Source: Candidatus Omnitrophota bacterium (GTDB taxonomy: Bacteria > Omnitrophota > Gorgyraeia > Gygaellales > Profunditerraquicolaceae). From it: a stretch of DNA of 64,000 nucleotides. The stretch spans positions 4,814 through 68,813 of the forward strand of contig JACQXK010000085.1 of NCBI GenBank assembly GCA_016208765.1. Direction: 5' to 3'. The notes beneath the pieces are model-generated. The model did no database searches. It was not told where the DNA came from and was given only the letters and a program-made list of their open reading frames with translations. Position numbers and translations under genes: made by a program. This document shows positions 1 to 9,148 of the stretch, one piece after another; within the stretch, counting starts at the first letter, position 1; each line of letters opens with the position of its first letter.

Positions 1-2
1 GT

Positions 3-360
3 TTAATAATTAATTTAATCTCTGCGTTAGAACAAATCACCGGTGTTGATGAAGCGGCAAATTTAGCAAGGAGTCATCTTGCCTCAGCTTTAAGCCAAGC
101 TTTATCCAATGATACCAATATCCACCTTGCCGTGGATCAAATAGACGGCTTGATTAGCATATTAAAACAAATTAATAATACTGATGAGACGGCAAATTTA
201 GCAAGGAGTAATCTTGCTTCAGCTTTAACACGAGCCTTATCCAATAATGCGAATATCCAGCTTACCGTGGATCAGATAGACGACTTGATTAGCATGTTAA
301 AACAAATTAATAATACTGATGAGGCGGCAAGAAAAGCAAGAAGTAATCTTGCTTCTTGCT
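3..360 (+). repeat. 135-nt (45-aa) tandem coding repeat, HEAT/ARM-like helices
   Basis: GATGA.[GA]CGGCAA...AGCAAG units start at 48, 183 and 318; protein unit DEAANLARSNLASAL..ALSN..NI.L.VDQID.LIS.LKQINNT. Confidence 0.85.
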
Positions 361-3300
361 TAGGGTGTGTTTTTATAAACAACAGGCAACTATTGAATAA
401 TGGGTTTTTATTAATAGGCTTCGATGCTTTATCGCAGTTTATCCAAACGAGGGATGATATAGAAAAAATAGGTAATGACCTGCTATGGGTTACTGACAGA
501 TGCCGGGGTGTTGAGAATCAAACAATGAATAGTTTAAAATCACTTTCTGCCATAATGAAAGAATATCCCCTTTTATTTAAAAGATTTATCAAGCCCGTTG
601 TGGCTAATCAAACTGTTGGCGCCTTTCTTTGTTTTCAAGAAGTAGTCAGGCTCTGGAGCAAAGATGCGATAAAGTCAGAAAGTGATCTGGATTTCTTAAG
701 AGAATTTATCCAGCAGAATCGGGTAAGAGCTTATGATTTGCTGAAAAATTTCATTGTGGAAGGCGTTAATAATGGGGTTATCCAGAAGCCGGTATCTGTG
801 GAAAAAGAAAAAATTAATGAATTCTTAAAAGACAACTCTTATGCCATTGTTGAGCTGTATAAAGCTTATAAAGATAATCCCCAAAATTTAAAAGCATTGG
901 TTAGTCGGTATGAAACTATTCATCAGGCAATCCTTAATGAAGATGCAGGTAAAGTTGAAAATGACCCATTCTTTTATGCTGTTTTAACGCATGTTTTTCC
1001 TCCCGAAACCACTGTTTCCAGGAACATGTATGGTGGAATTTATTCAAGTCGGCCTGACAGGCCTCAAGATACAGCAGGAATTCCTGATGATTTAACCAAA
1101 ACGCCTTTTTTTGCCGTCTCTACCGGACGATATATCTTAAAAGATCCCTCTAATCCATTAGATCAAACTCCCTGGATGACATTATTAGAAGTAATAAAGG
1201 AAGTTAATCCGCAGGAGAAAATTGTAGTTAATGAAAATGAGCTGGTGGAGATTGGCAGAAGGTTGCTTGAATATTGGCAAACAGGTGATCCAAATAGAGG
1301 GAGAAAGGAGCTGTTAAGGGAGCTCTATCGCTATTTCATTGCCAGCCGCGATATAAAGCTTCCAGATGCGCTTACCTCAATTAGAGAGATAATGGCTTTA
1401 AAAGAATTTGTTGGAGATACCTTGATGGATCTGATTGGCGACTGTACTGCCAAATACAGAGAGCAAAATCCGCAGCAATACCAAGCTTTGGTCAATAAGA
1501 TGTTTAAGGCAAGGTTAAATAATCCCAGAGGTAGTGCCAAGGCAATCCTTGGAGCAAGAAAAGCTCTTGCCAATAATCCAAATGAATTAAGAAATAGAGT
1601 TAAGAGTAATATCTTAAGAATAGAAGATGAATCAACCTTTGATATGCTCTGGGCTAAAATAGAGAACTTAACCGCTGAGAAAGAAATCACCAGAATCTTG
1701 GAAGAAATTACCTTTCAGGTCCAGCCAGGCAAAGAAGCGCTTATTATCTCCCAGCGCCTGCAGGGCTCTGAATATCAGGCAATGCAGAAAGAAGTATCAA
1801 CTAAATATGAATTCCAGGAAGGAAATAAGAAGGTTAGCTTGAGGATCTTACTCTCCAAGAGAAAAGCCCATGGTGTAGCTGGGTTAAATATGGGTGTTTG
1901 TGTGGCTCCTGATAAGGAATTATGGGGTAATCCTAACTTCTATAATGCCATTCTTTTTGATGAAAATGGTATTGCCCGTGGTGGTATGCATATACTGATA
2001 ATTGAAGATAGCGGAAAAAAATACCTTACTCTACCCGGGATTAACCCGCATACAACTCTTTTAATGAGAGTAGCAGCAGATGAAATTTACAGCAAGTTCG
2101 TATCCTATGCGCAGGCATTGGCAAAGCAGTTGGGTTGTGCAGGGGTCCTTATTCCGGAGAATCCCTCCATTCATTCCAATCGTTCGGAGATAAGGAGGGT
2201 AATTTCCGCGCGTAACTATGGAAAACAAACATTAAGTAAAATTCATCAATTTAGTTATTCACCCCATGGTTATCATTTTCAAACCTGTTTTTTTGTCCCG
2301 ATGTCCTCTGCGAGTTCTGCGGTTGAAAATGGAGTATTGACAGGCCCCAAGGTAGGAAAGTGGCATAGGGCAAATAGCAAATTGCAAAATCCAGATTCTT
2401 TGCTATCAGCCGAGGACTACGTTCCAGGCAGGGCCTCTTCGGCGGTGGAGAAAAAAACAGAAGCGAATACTAATTCTGCTAGGGGATTAGGGGACGGAGT
2501 AATTTTACGAAGCCAGGTGAAATATTATTTGTTGTCTTCCTTATCGCTTGCACTTCTTGGATTGGTAGTTTATCTAAATCCATTGAATTTATTTGGAACG
2601 GGATCGAGCTTTACGGCCGGAACTTACCCGCATTATATTAAACACCTTTTTAACCCTGCTGCGTCAACAGCTTTCTTCTGCTCAATAATATGGGGAATAG
2701 GTTTAGTCAAAGATTTTCTTAGGCCCGGTATCTTTATTAATAAAAGTAACGTGGACAGAGAATATGATGGCAGACGTTTTGTATTTAGAATAAGCTATCC
2801 CCTAATGACAATGTTTGAAATGGTGCGGGAGGTTGACAATGGAATAGATCTTATATTGACGTTAATTGGCGGTGCGTTAGGAATTGGTTGGGCCTATTAT
2901 ATTACATGGCGGATTGATAAAATATTGGGCTACACTCAAGATAAAGATAGCGCGTCTTCTACTTTGGGAAATCAATTGGATAATAATTCTGGTATTTCGA
3001 TTCCTCAACTAAATTTAGGGCAGGGCGAGGATGAAAATGGCGCGGAGGATGAAGTGGCGTCTTCGGCGGTAAAGAAAATTGTTCATGAGTCCCCATTGCT
3101 AAAACTCAGCGAAAAGGAAATCGCAGAAGCCAAGAAATTTATTGAGCAGCTTTCTGAAGGTAATCTATTTCTCCCGGATATTACCGAAGAATGGCGTTTA
3201 CAAGAAATTTCAGGAAGATATTTAAAGGCGCTTGAAGTTGAAAAACAAATTCTGCATGATAATTTAAATAAAGGAGGGGAAGGTACTTTCTCGCGGTATG

Positions 3301-5093
3301 GCGAACGTTACTTAGAAATTTCAAATTCAATATTTTTTCTACAATTATATTTTAGAGGAATTTTATTATCTTCTCGAGATCCTGCATATATAAGGGCATT
3401 AAAAATCTTACAGAAATTACTAGAAATAAATAGAATTGAAGGTAAGTATTATTTATTGGTTCCTAAGTCACTGCCACATCTGGGTTATCTATATACAATG
3501 GCGCAGAATACTTATCTTATGATTAGTGAGGATTTAATTTCTAGTTTAGATGATGATGGGCTTGCTTGGGTCATTGCTCATGAATTAGTACATTGCGAAA
3601 AGGGGCATTCAAGAAGCGGCCTACGTGCTATGGCATTATATGGAGATTATAGCCCTGACAATCTTGATTTTTGGTCAAATTTTCAACAATCACAAGAAAA
3701 AGAAGCGGATAGCATAGCTTTTGACTATGTCGTCAAGGCCGGATATAAAAGAGAATCTTGTATCAAGGCATTAGAAACGCTCGGAAGATTAGATATTGAA
3801 GCAGGTGCCTTTATTAAAAGTATCGTAGGCGAGAAAGCTGTTGAGCCTTCTGATAAGGTTCCCTTAAGGGCGCAGACTCATCCTCCGATACAAGAAAGAC
3901 TGGCTGTTTTAAGAAGAAAAATTTCCGCAGGCTCACCGATAACAGGCGACCGGGTACTGGCGACTGGTGGCGCGAGCGGCCCCTCGACTTCGGTCGGGGT
4001 AAACGCAGCCTCTTCGGCGGTTATAACACAGCAAGAGATAAAAGATGTAATTGAGGATATTAATAGGCTTTCAGGAAGAATTATATTTAAAGGTGAAGTA
4101 AGGGAACAGATTTCTAAAAAGATTTCCAGTATGGGTTTACTTAAAGGGAAAAGCTGTTTGGTGGTAGGGCCGGGTTTAAATGATTACTTGCCGGTAATGC
4201 TGTATAAGTTAGGATTGCAGTCTAGCATCATTGATACTAATGAATATGCAATACAGGAACAGAAGAAAATGTTTGCAAAATTTGGGATTGATGGAAGGAT
4301 TGATGTTTTTATTTCTTACGACGATGCTTGTTTGTTGGAGATGAGTAATAGTGTTTTTCCTATAGTCAGGCTTCTAAACTTTGATGGGGGGCGGATTTTT
4401 GTAAATCAGCACGCCCAAGTTTCGTTAGAGGATCAATATTCGCTAGAGGGCTCTGATTCTTTAAATTTCGCTAAGCTGATATATTATATAGATATGACGT
4501 TACAAGAATTTGGGGATATATATAAAGTAAAATTTTTTAAAGCTTCACAAGTGGATTTGGAGAATTTCCGTGTAGATGGCAGAGACTTGCGTGAACCAAG
4601 GCTTGGGGTAACTTTTGAGGCACATAAGAAATATTCCGCCGGCGCGGCGCCTGAGGCGGCCTCTTCGGCGGTGGAGATAAATAGCAAAGTTCAGGGACAG
4701 TCCCCTTTAAATGGCGCTGAAATAGCCCGGGCGGGGACAGTCCCTGTGAATACCGGTGGTATTGATTTTCGCGCGTTGCCTATCGTTACCCAAGCCATGA
4801 CTAATTTAGGCCTGCGAACTATTAGCTACGACTTAAGAGCTAAACTAAGTCATTTTGATGTGAATAAAGAATTAGCAGAAATTAACAGGCTTCTTGGCGC
4901 CGGCATTACGCCTTCCACTGACCGCCTCAAAGAATGCGCTCAGGCGGCATATTTATTTAATGGCCCTCCTGAAGAAAACGCTAAAATCCTCTCCTGCATT
5001 GCACAAGTGCTTAGGAAAGAGGAAGAGGCCTGTTGTAATACGGATCCTACCTTAAAAGATATTTTAGTAGTATTAGAGTCTGGAAGCGGTTAG
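3..5093 (+). CDS. Giant modular protein, 5'-truncated by the window: helical repeats, unknown domain, 3-4 TM module, M48-like zinc peptidase, Rossmann/methyltransferase-like module, C-terminal GGIDFR domain
   Basis: The frame is open from base 3 (LIINLISALEQITG...), so 132 is not the true start. HELVH at 3579-3593 with downstream EKEAD and THP..R motifs of M48 peptidases; VVGPG motif; repeated ASSAV linkers; GGIDFR at 4755-4772. Confidence 0.8.
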   Translation, partial: LIINLISALEQITGVDEAANLARSHLASALSQALSNDTNIHLAVDQIDGLISILKQINNTDETANLARSNLASALTRALSNNANIQLTVDQIDDLISMLKQINNTDEAARKARSNLASCLGCVFINNRQLLNNGFLLIGFDALSQFIQTRDDIEKIGNDLLWVTDRCRGVENQTMNSLKSLSAIMKEYPLLFKRFIKPVVANQTVGAFLCFQEVVRLWSKDAIKSESDLDFLREFIQQNRVRAYDLLKNFIVEGVNNGVIQKPVSVEKEKINEFLKDNSYAIVELYKAYKDNPQNLKALVSRYETIHQAILNEDAGKVENDPFFYAVLTHVFPPETTVSRNMYGGIYSSRPDRPQDTAGIPDDLTKTPFFAVSTGRYILKDPSNPLDQTPWMTLLEVIKEVNPQEKIVVNENELVEIGRRLLEYWQTGDPNRGRKELLRELYRYFIASRDIKLPDALTSIREIMALKEFVGDTLMDLIGDCTAKYREQNPQQYQALVNKMFKARLNNPRGSAKAILGARKALANNPNELRNRVKSNILRIEDESTFDMLWAKIENLTAEKEITRILEEITFQVQPGKEALIISQRLQGSEYQAMQKEVSTKYEFQEGNKKVSLRILLSKRKAHGVAGLNMGVCVAPDKELWGNPNFYNAILFDENGIARGGMHILIIEDSGKKYLTLPGINPHTTLLMRVAADEIYSKFVSYAQALAKQLGCAGVLIPENPSIHSNRSEIRRVISARNYGKQTLSKIHQFSYSPHGYHFQTCFFVPMSSASSAVENGVLTGPKVGKWHRANSKLQNPDSLLSAEDYVPGRASSAVEKKTEANTNSARGLGDGVILRSQVKYYLLSSLSLALLGLVVYLNPLNLFGTGSSFTAGTYPHYIKHLFNPAASTAFFCSIIWGIGLVKDFLRPGIFINKSNVDREYDGRRFVFRISYPLMTMFEMVREVDNGIDLILTLIGGALGIGWAYYITWRIDKILGYTQDKDSASSTLGNQLDNNSGISIPQLNLGQGEDENGAEDEVASSAVKKIVHESPLLKLSEKEIAEAKKFIEQLSEGNLFLPDITEEWRLQEISGRYLKALEVEKQILHDNLNKGGEGTFSRYGERYLEISNSIFFLQLYFRGILLSSRDPAYIRALKILQKLLEINRIEGKYYLLVPKSLPHLGYLYTMAQNTYLMISEDLISSLDDDGLAWVIAHELVHCEKGHSRSGLRAMALYGDYSPDNLDFWSNFQQSQEKEADSIAFDYVVKAGYKRESCIKALETLGRLDIEAGAFIKSIVGEKAVEPSDKVPLRAQTHPPIQERLAVLRRKISAGSPITGDRVLATGGASGPSTSVGVNAASSAVITQQEIKDVIEDINRLSGRIIFKGEVREQISKKISSMGLLKGKSCLVVGPGLNDYLPVMLYKLGLQSSIIDTNEYAIQEQKKMFAKFGIDGRIDVFISYDDACLLEMSNSVFPIVRLLNFDGGRIFVNQHAQVSLEDQYSLEGSDSLNFAKLIYYIDMTLQEFGDIYKVKFFKASQVDLENFRVDGRDLREPRLGVTFEAHKKYSAGAAPEAASSAVEINSKVQGQSPLNGAEIARAGTVPVNTGGIDFRALPIVTQAMTNLGLRTISYDLRAKLSHFDVNKELAEINRLLGAGITPSTDRLKECAQAAYLFNGPPEENAKILSCIAQVLRKEEEACCNTDPTLKDILVVLESGSG
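2432..4677 (+). repeat. Dispersed in-frame junction motif TCTTCGGCGGT (part of ASSAV)
   Basis: TCTTCGGCGGT at 2436, 3060, 4011 and 4662; 20-bp GGCCTCTTCGGCGGTGGAGA is identical at 2432-2451 and 4658-4677. Confidence 0.85.
4692..4746. repeat. REP-like inverted doublet (GGGACAGTCCC) inside the giant ORF
   Basis: CAGGGACAGTCCCC (4692-4705) and GGGGACAGTCCCTG (4733-4746) are reverse complements with one mismatch. Confidence 0.6.
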
Positions 5094-5101
5094 AGAGAAT
5101 T

Positions 5102-5145
5102 AGATTGCTTCGTCATCCTGCGTTGTGAAGCGACTCGCAATGACG
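5102..5145. repeat. Intergenic REP-like palindrome (GATTGCTTCGTC...CTCGCAATGAC type)
   Basis: AGATTGCTTCGTCATCCTGCG...CGCAATGACG just after the giant gene stop; CGTCAT/ATGACG and TGCG/CGCA pair. Confidence 0.55.
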
Positions 5146-5243
5146 AGACTGATGTTCCGCGCTCTTTAAAAACAAAAATAGGACATTTTAAAATTGTTAA
5201 AATAGTAAATTTTAATCTTGCTAGTACAAATTTTGAAAACTTC

Positions 5244-5272
5244 TTTACAAATTAAAATAACACCGCTATAAT
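5244..5272 (+). promoter_or_regulatory. Sigma70-type promoter for hisG
   Basis: TTTACA (5244-5249), 17 bp, TATAAT (5267-5272). Confidence 0.6.
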
Positions 5273-5318
5273 ATTGCCTCGCAGAAGATTTTTCCATAAA
5301 TTTAAAAGGGAATTTATA

Positions 5319-6203
5319 ATGAATAAGAAAATACTTAAATTAGGTCTTCCTAAAGGAAGCCTGCAGGAATCCACCTTTAAGATGTTTAAAAAGGCCGGAT
5401 TTAATGTAAATTTATCCAACTCGCGTTCGTATTTTCCGTCGGTAGATGACACAGAGATTCAGGCGGTGCTGTTGCGCGCACAGGAAATGTCAAGATACGT
5501 GCAAGATGGTGCGCTTGACTGCGGGATCACCGGAAATGACTGGGTCCTGGAAAATAAATCAGATGTAGTTCGGGTAACCGACCTTGCTTATGCAAAACAG
5601 AGTTTGAATAAGGTGCGCTGGGTTTTGGCTGTGCCGCAGGATTCCGGAATTAAGTCAGTTAAGGACTTGCAGGGAAAACGCATTGCCACTGAATTAGTTA
5701 ATGTTACAAAAGAGTATTTTCAGAAAAATAAAGTTAAGGTTGAGGTAGAATTTAGCTGGGGCGCGACGGAAGTCAAGGTAAGCGGCGGCCTGGTGGATGC
5801 TATTGTAGAATTAACTGAAACCGGCTCAAGCCTGCGTGCAAATAAGCTGGTTGAAATTGCCACTCTCTGTGAATCCACAACACAATTTATTGCAAATAAA
5901 AATTCCTATAAAGACGCATGGAAAAAAGACAAGATGTCGCAGATCGCATTGCTTTTAAAAGGGGCGATTTCCGCCGAGGAGAAAGTCGGCCTGAAAATGA
6001 ATGTAAAAAAGCAGGATTTAAAAAAAGTGATTGCAGCCCTGCCTGCCTTAAGAAAGCCTACTATTTCCGGGCTATCTGACGACGGGTGGTGCGCTATTGA
6101 AACTATAATTGATGAAAAGATTGTGCGCGTGTTGATCCCTGAACTAAAGAAGCGCGGCGCACAGGGGATCATTGAGTATCCGTTGAATAAAGTGATTTAT
6201 TAA
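5319..6203 (+). CDS. hisG: ATP phosphoribosyltransferase, long form
   Basis: [14 protein letters not shown] and [13 protein letters not shown] motifs plus C-terminal ACT-like domain; ATG 5319 follows AAGGGA. Confidence 0.95.
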   Translation: MNKKILKLGLPKGSLQESTFKMFKKAGFNVNLSNSRSYFPSVDDTEIQAVLLRAQEMSRYVQDGALDCGITGNDWVLENKSDVVRVTDLAYAKQSLNKVRWVLAVPQDSGIKSVKDLQGKRIATELVNVTKEYFQKNKVKVEVEFSWGATEVKVSGGLVDAIVELTETGSSLRANKLVEIATLCESTTQFIANKNSYKDAWKKDKMSQIALLLKGAISAEEKVGLKMNVKKQDLKKVIAALPALRKPTISGLSDDGWCAIETIIDEKIVRVLIPELKKRGAQGIIEYPLNKVIY

Positions 6204-6215
6204 GGAGAAGTAAGC

Positions 6216-6317
6216 ATGCCTTGTGGCCGTAAAAGAAAAAGACAAAAAATCAGGACCCATAAGAGGAAAAAGATGCGCCGCCGTCTGCGCCATCTGAAGA
6301 AGAGAGCTTGGGGTTAA
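6216..6317 (+). CDS. 33-aa basic protein, bS22/mS38 (AURKAIP1/COX24-domain)-like small ribosomal protein
   Basis: MPCGRKRKRQKIRTHKRKKMRRRLRHLKKRAWG with AAGGAG RBS; not in the ORF track. Confidence 0.8.
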   Translation: MPCGRKRKRQKIRTHKRKKMRRRLRHLKKRAWG

Positions 6318-6341
6318 ACAGCAGGCGGGGTTAATTAAATT

Positions 6342-7319
6342 ATGCCTTCTTGCGGCAAGATATTCTTGACAAGGGTGTTTTTGTGCCTGCTTTTATCATG
6401 GGTCACAACAAGCGCCCTTGCTTTGGATAAAAAAGCTTCCTCCGGACTCACTCATTATATTATGGGTGTTGTTTATGAGGATCTTGGGGATATTGACGCA
6501 GCTATTGAAGAATATAAATCGGCCCTAAGGGCTGATTCTCAAAGCCCTTTAATCCACCTTAATCTCGCTGCAAGTTTAATCAAGAAGAATAATTTTGAGC
6601 AGGCGATTGATGAATTAAAAACAGCAGGCAAGCTTGATCCTGAGGCAGTTGAGCCGCATGCGATACTGGCTATTTTGTATACTTCGCAGGATAAATTGGA
6701 TTTAGCAGCAGCTGAATACGAGCTCGCTCTGAAAAACGCCTCTAAGCTGCAGCCTAAAAATATTGATATTTATAAAAGTCTTGCTTCAATTTATCTGCAG
6801 CAGGGAAAATATAAAGACGCAGAAGCAACTTACCGTCTGGTAATTGAGATCGCCCCAAAAGATGCCGAGGCTCATTTTTATCTGGGCAGCGTCTATTATG
6901 ATTTAAAGGATAAAGAAGCTGCCGAGAAAGAATTAAAGAAGGCAATTGAGTTAAAGCCGGATTATCATGAGGCGCTTAATTTCTTAGGCTATTTTTATGT
7001 AGAAGAAAACCGCAATCTGGCGCAGGCAGAAACAATGATCCGCAAGGCGATCGCGCTTGACCCTGAAAATGGAGCTTATGCAGACAGTTTGGGCTGGCTC
7101 TATTTCAAGAAAGGCAAGGTAAAAGAAGCGCTCAAGGAATTAGAGCGTGCTGGTTCGCTTTTGGCTGATCCGGTGATTTATGATCATTTAGGAGACGTGT
7201 ATTTAAAAACCGGCGATAAAGAAAACGCAAAGTTAAATTGGCAGAAATCCCTGCAGATGGACGCAAAGCAGGATAAGGTTAAAGAAAAATTAGAGAAGCT
7301 GGACAAGCTGGTTAAATAA
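6342..7319 (+). CDS. Exported TPR-repeat protein
   Basis: N-terminal signal-like segment, many TPR motifs, ALNFLGY and YADSLGW motifs. Confidence 0.85.
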   Translation: MPSCGKIFLTRVFLCLLLSWVTTSALALDKKASSGLTHYIMGVVYEDLGDIDAAIEEYKSALRADSQSPLIHLNLAASLIKKNNFEQAIDELKTAGKLDPEAVEPHAILAILYTSQDKLDLAAAEYELALKNASKLQPKNIDIYKSLASIYLQQGKYKDAEATYRLVIEIAPKDAEAHFYLGSVYYDLKDKEAAEKELKKAIELKPDYHEALNFLGYFYVEENRNLAQAETMIRKAIALDPENGAYADSLGWLYFKKGKVKEALKELERAGSLLADPVIYDHLGDVYLKTGDKENAKLNWQKSLQMDAKQDKVKEKLEKLDKLVK

Positions 7320-7322
7320 TAA

Positions 7323-8147
7323 ATGGCTGATTATTCTGTTGATAAAATAAAAGCATTAGAAGATAAAGCAAAACAAATCCGCAGGCTCATTGTATCAATG
7401 TTAGTCAAGGCCGGATCAGGCCATCCCGGAGGAAGCCTTTCCTCAACTGATTTAATTACTGTTTTATTTTATTCTGTGTTGCGGCATAATCCCAAGAACC
7501 CATCGTGGCCGGAACGCGACCGTTTTCATATGTCTAAAGGGCATTGCTGCCCGTTGTGGTATGCTGTGCTTGCTGATTCCGGATATTTTCCGCAGGAGAA
7601 ACTCTGGACATTGAGGCAATTAGGGTCAATGTTGCAGGGGCATCCTGACAGGCGCACCCCGGGAGTAGAGGTTTCAAGCGGGTCTCTTGGCCAGGGGCTC
7701 TCGGTGAGCCTTGGAATGAGCCTGGCTGCCCGGCTTGATAAACGCGATTCCCGGATATATGTCCTGATGGGAGACGGAGAAACTCAGGAGGGAAATATCT
7801 GGGAAGCAGCTATGGCTTGCAGCCATTATAAGTGCGATAATATTTGCGGTATCCTTGATTATAATGGTTTTCAGATTGATGGCAAAATTTGCCAGGTGAT
7901 GGCGCTTGAACCTTTGGCAGCAAAGTGGCAGGCATTTGGTTGGCATACGATTGAGATTAACGGGCATAATGTTAAAGAAATACTTTCTGCTTATGCTGAA
8001 GCGAAGATGGTCAAGGGAAAACCGACGATAATTATCGCCCATACAGTAAAAGGCAAGGGCGTTTCTTTTATGGAGAATGTCTGTGATTTTCATGGCCGCG
8101 CTCCGACAAAGGAAGAGGCGGAAAAGGCGTTAAAGGAACTGGAATAA
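7323..8147 (+). CDS. Transketolase N-terminal (TPP-binding) subunit
   Basis: GSGHPGGSLS, SKGH, GSLGQG and GDGE motifs. Confidence 0.93.
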   Translation: MADYSVDKIKALEDKAKQIRRLIVSMLVKAGSGHPGGSLSSTDLITVLFYSVLRHNPKNPSWPERDRFHMSKGHCCPLWYAVLADSGYFPQEKLWTLRQLGSMLQGHPDRRTPGVEVSSGSLGQGLSVSLGMSLAARLDKRDSRIYVLMGDGETQEGNIWEAAMACSHYKCDNICGILDYNGFQIDGKICQVMALEPLAAKWQAFGWHTIEINGHNVKEILSAYAEAKMVKGKPTIIIAHTVKGKGVSFMENVCDFHGRAPTKEEAEKALKELE

Positions 8148-8149
8148 AT

Positions 8150-8190
8150 ATTGATTAATTGGTGAGTGGTGAGTAGGCCAATTAATCAAT
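8150..8190. repeat. Perfect 13-bp inverted repeat between the transketolase subunit genes
   Basis: ATTGATTAATTGG (8150-8162) and CCAATTAATCAAT (8178-8190). Confidence 0.6.
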
Positions 8191-8206
8191 TAACTAATTA
8201 ACCAAA

Positions 8207-9133
8207 ATGGAACAATTATATCAAAGAGATGTTTATGGCCAGTCACTTGTGGAATTAGGCAAGTTGAATAAGGATATTGTGGTTTTAGACGCGGATCTGT
8301 CCAGCTCTACCCGCACCGGATTATTTGCCAAGGAATTTCCTGAGCGTTTTTTTAATTTTGGTGTTGCTGAGCAGAACATGATTGCTTCTGCTGCAGGTTT
8401 TGCTGCAAGCGGAAAAATAGTTTTTGCTTCAACTTTTGCGATATTTGCCACCGGCCGCGCCTGGGATCAGGTAAGAAATTCAGTTTGTTACAGTAACCTT
8501 GATGTTAAAATTGTAGCCACGCATGCCGGAGTTTCCGTCGGGCCGGACGGAGCAAGCCATCAGGCGTTAGAAGATATTGCTTTGATGCGGGTGATCCCAA
8601 ATATCAAAATTATTGTGCCTTGCGACGGGCCGCAGGCGCGCGATGCGGTTATTGCCGCGGCAAACAATAAGGGCCCATTTTATGTGCGCTTGGGCAGGCC
8701 GAAAATCCCTACTATAGAAAATAAAGGCGAGTTTAAGTTGGGTAAAGCGCAGGTGTTAATTGACGGAACCGATGTTACTGTTGTTGCTTGCGGGATTATG
8801 GTGGCAGAGGCATTGGCAGCAGTTAATGAACTGGCAAAAAAAGGTATTAAAGCCCGCCTGATCAATGTGCATACTATACGGCCGTTAGATGCTGAGGTAA
8901 TTTTAAAAGCTGCAAAGGAAACCAAAGCAATAGTGGTTTGCGAGGAGCATTCAGTTATCGGTGGTTTAGCCTCCAGTATTGATGAAGTAGTGGCGGAAAA
9001 CTATCCGGTTAAGGTTGTGCGCGTGGGTGTGAGAAATAAATTCGGCCAGTCAGGCGATCCTTTAAGCCTTTTAAAAGAATATAACTTGACCAGCTCAGAT
9101 ATTGAAAAAGCGGTAATGTCCAGTATTGCTTGA
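8207..9133 (+). CDS. Transketolase C-terminal subunit
   Basis: DADL, GVAEQNM, GPDGASHQ and EEHSVIGGL motifs. Confidence 0.93.
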   Translation: MEQLYQRDVYGQSLVELGKLNKDIVVLDADLSSSTRTGLFAKEFPERFFNFGVAEQNMIASAAGFAASGKIVFASTFAIFATGRAWDQVRNSVCYSNLDVKIVATHAGVSVGPDGASHQALEDIALMRVIPNIKIIVPCDGPQARDAVIAAANNKGPFYVRLGRPKIPTIENKGEFKLGKAQVLIDGTDVTVVACGIMVAEALAAVNELAKKGIKARLINVHTIRPLDAEVILKAAKETKAIVVCEEHSVIGGLASSIDEVVAENYPVKVVRVGVRNKFGQSGDPLSLLKEYNLTSSDIEKAVMSSIA

Positions 9134-9148
9134 GATTTTAATATAGTA

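Noticed and set aside
132-134. GTG at 132 as start of the giant protein
   Set aside because: The frame and its 45-aa repeat continue upstream to the window edge.
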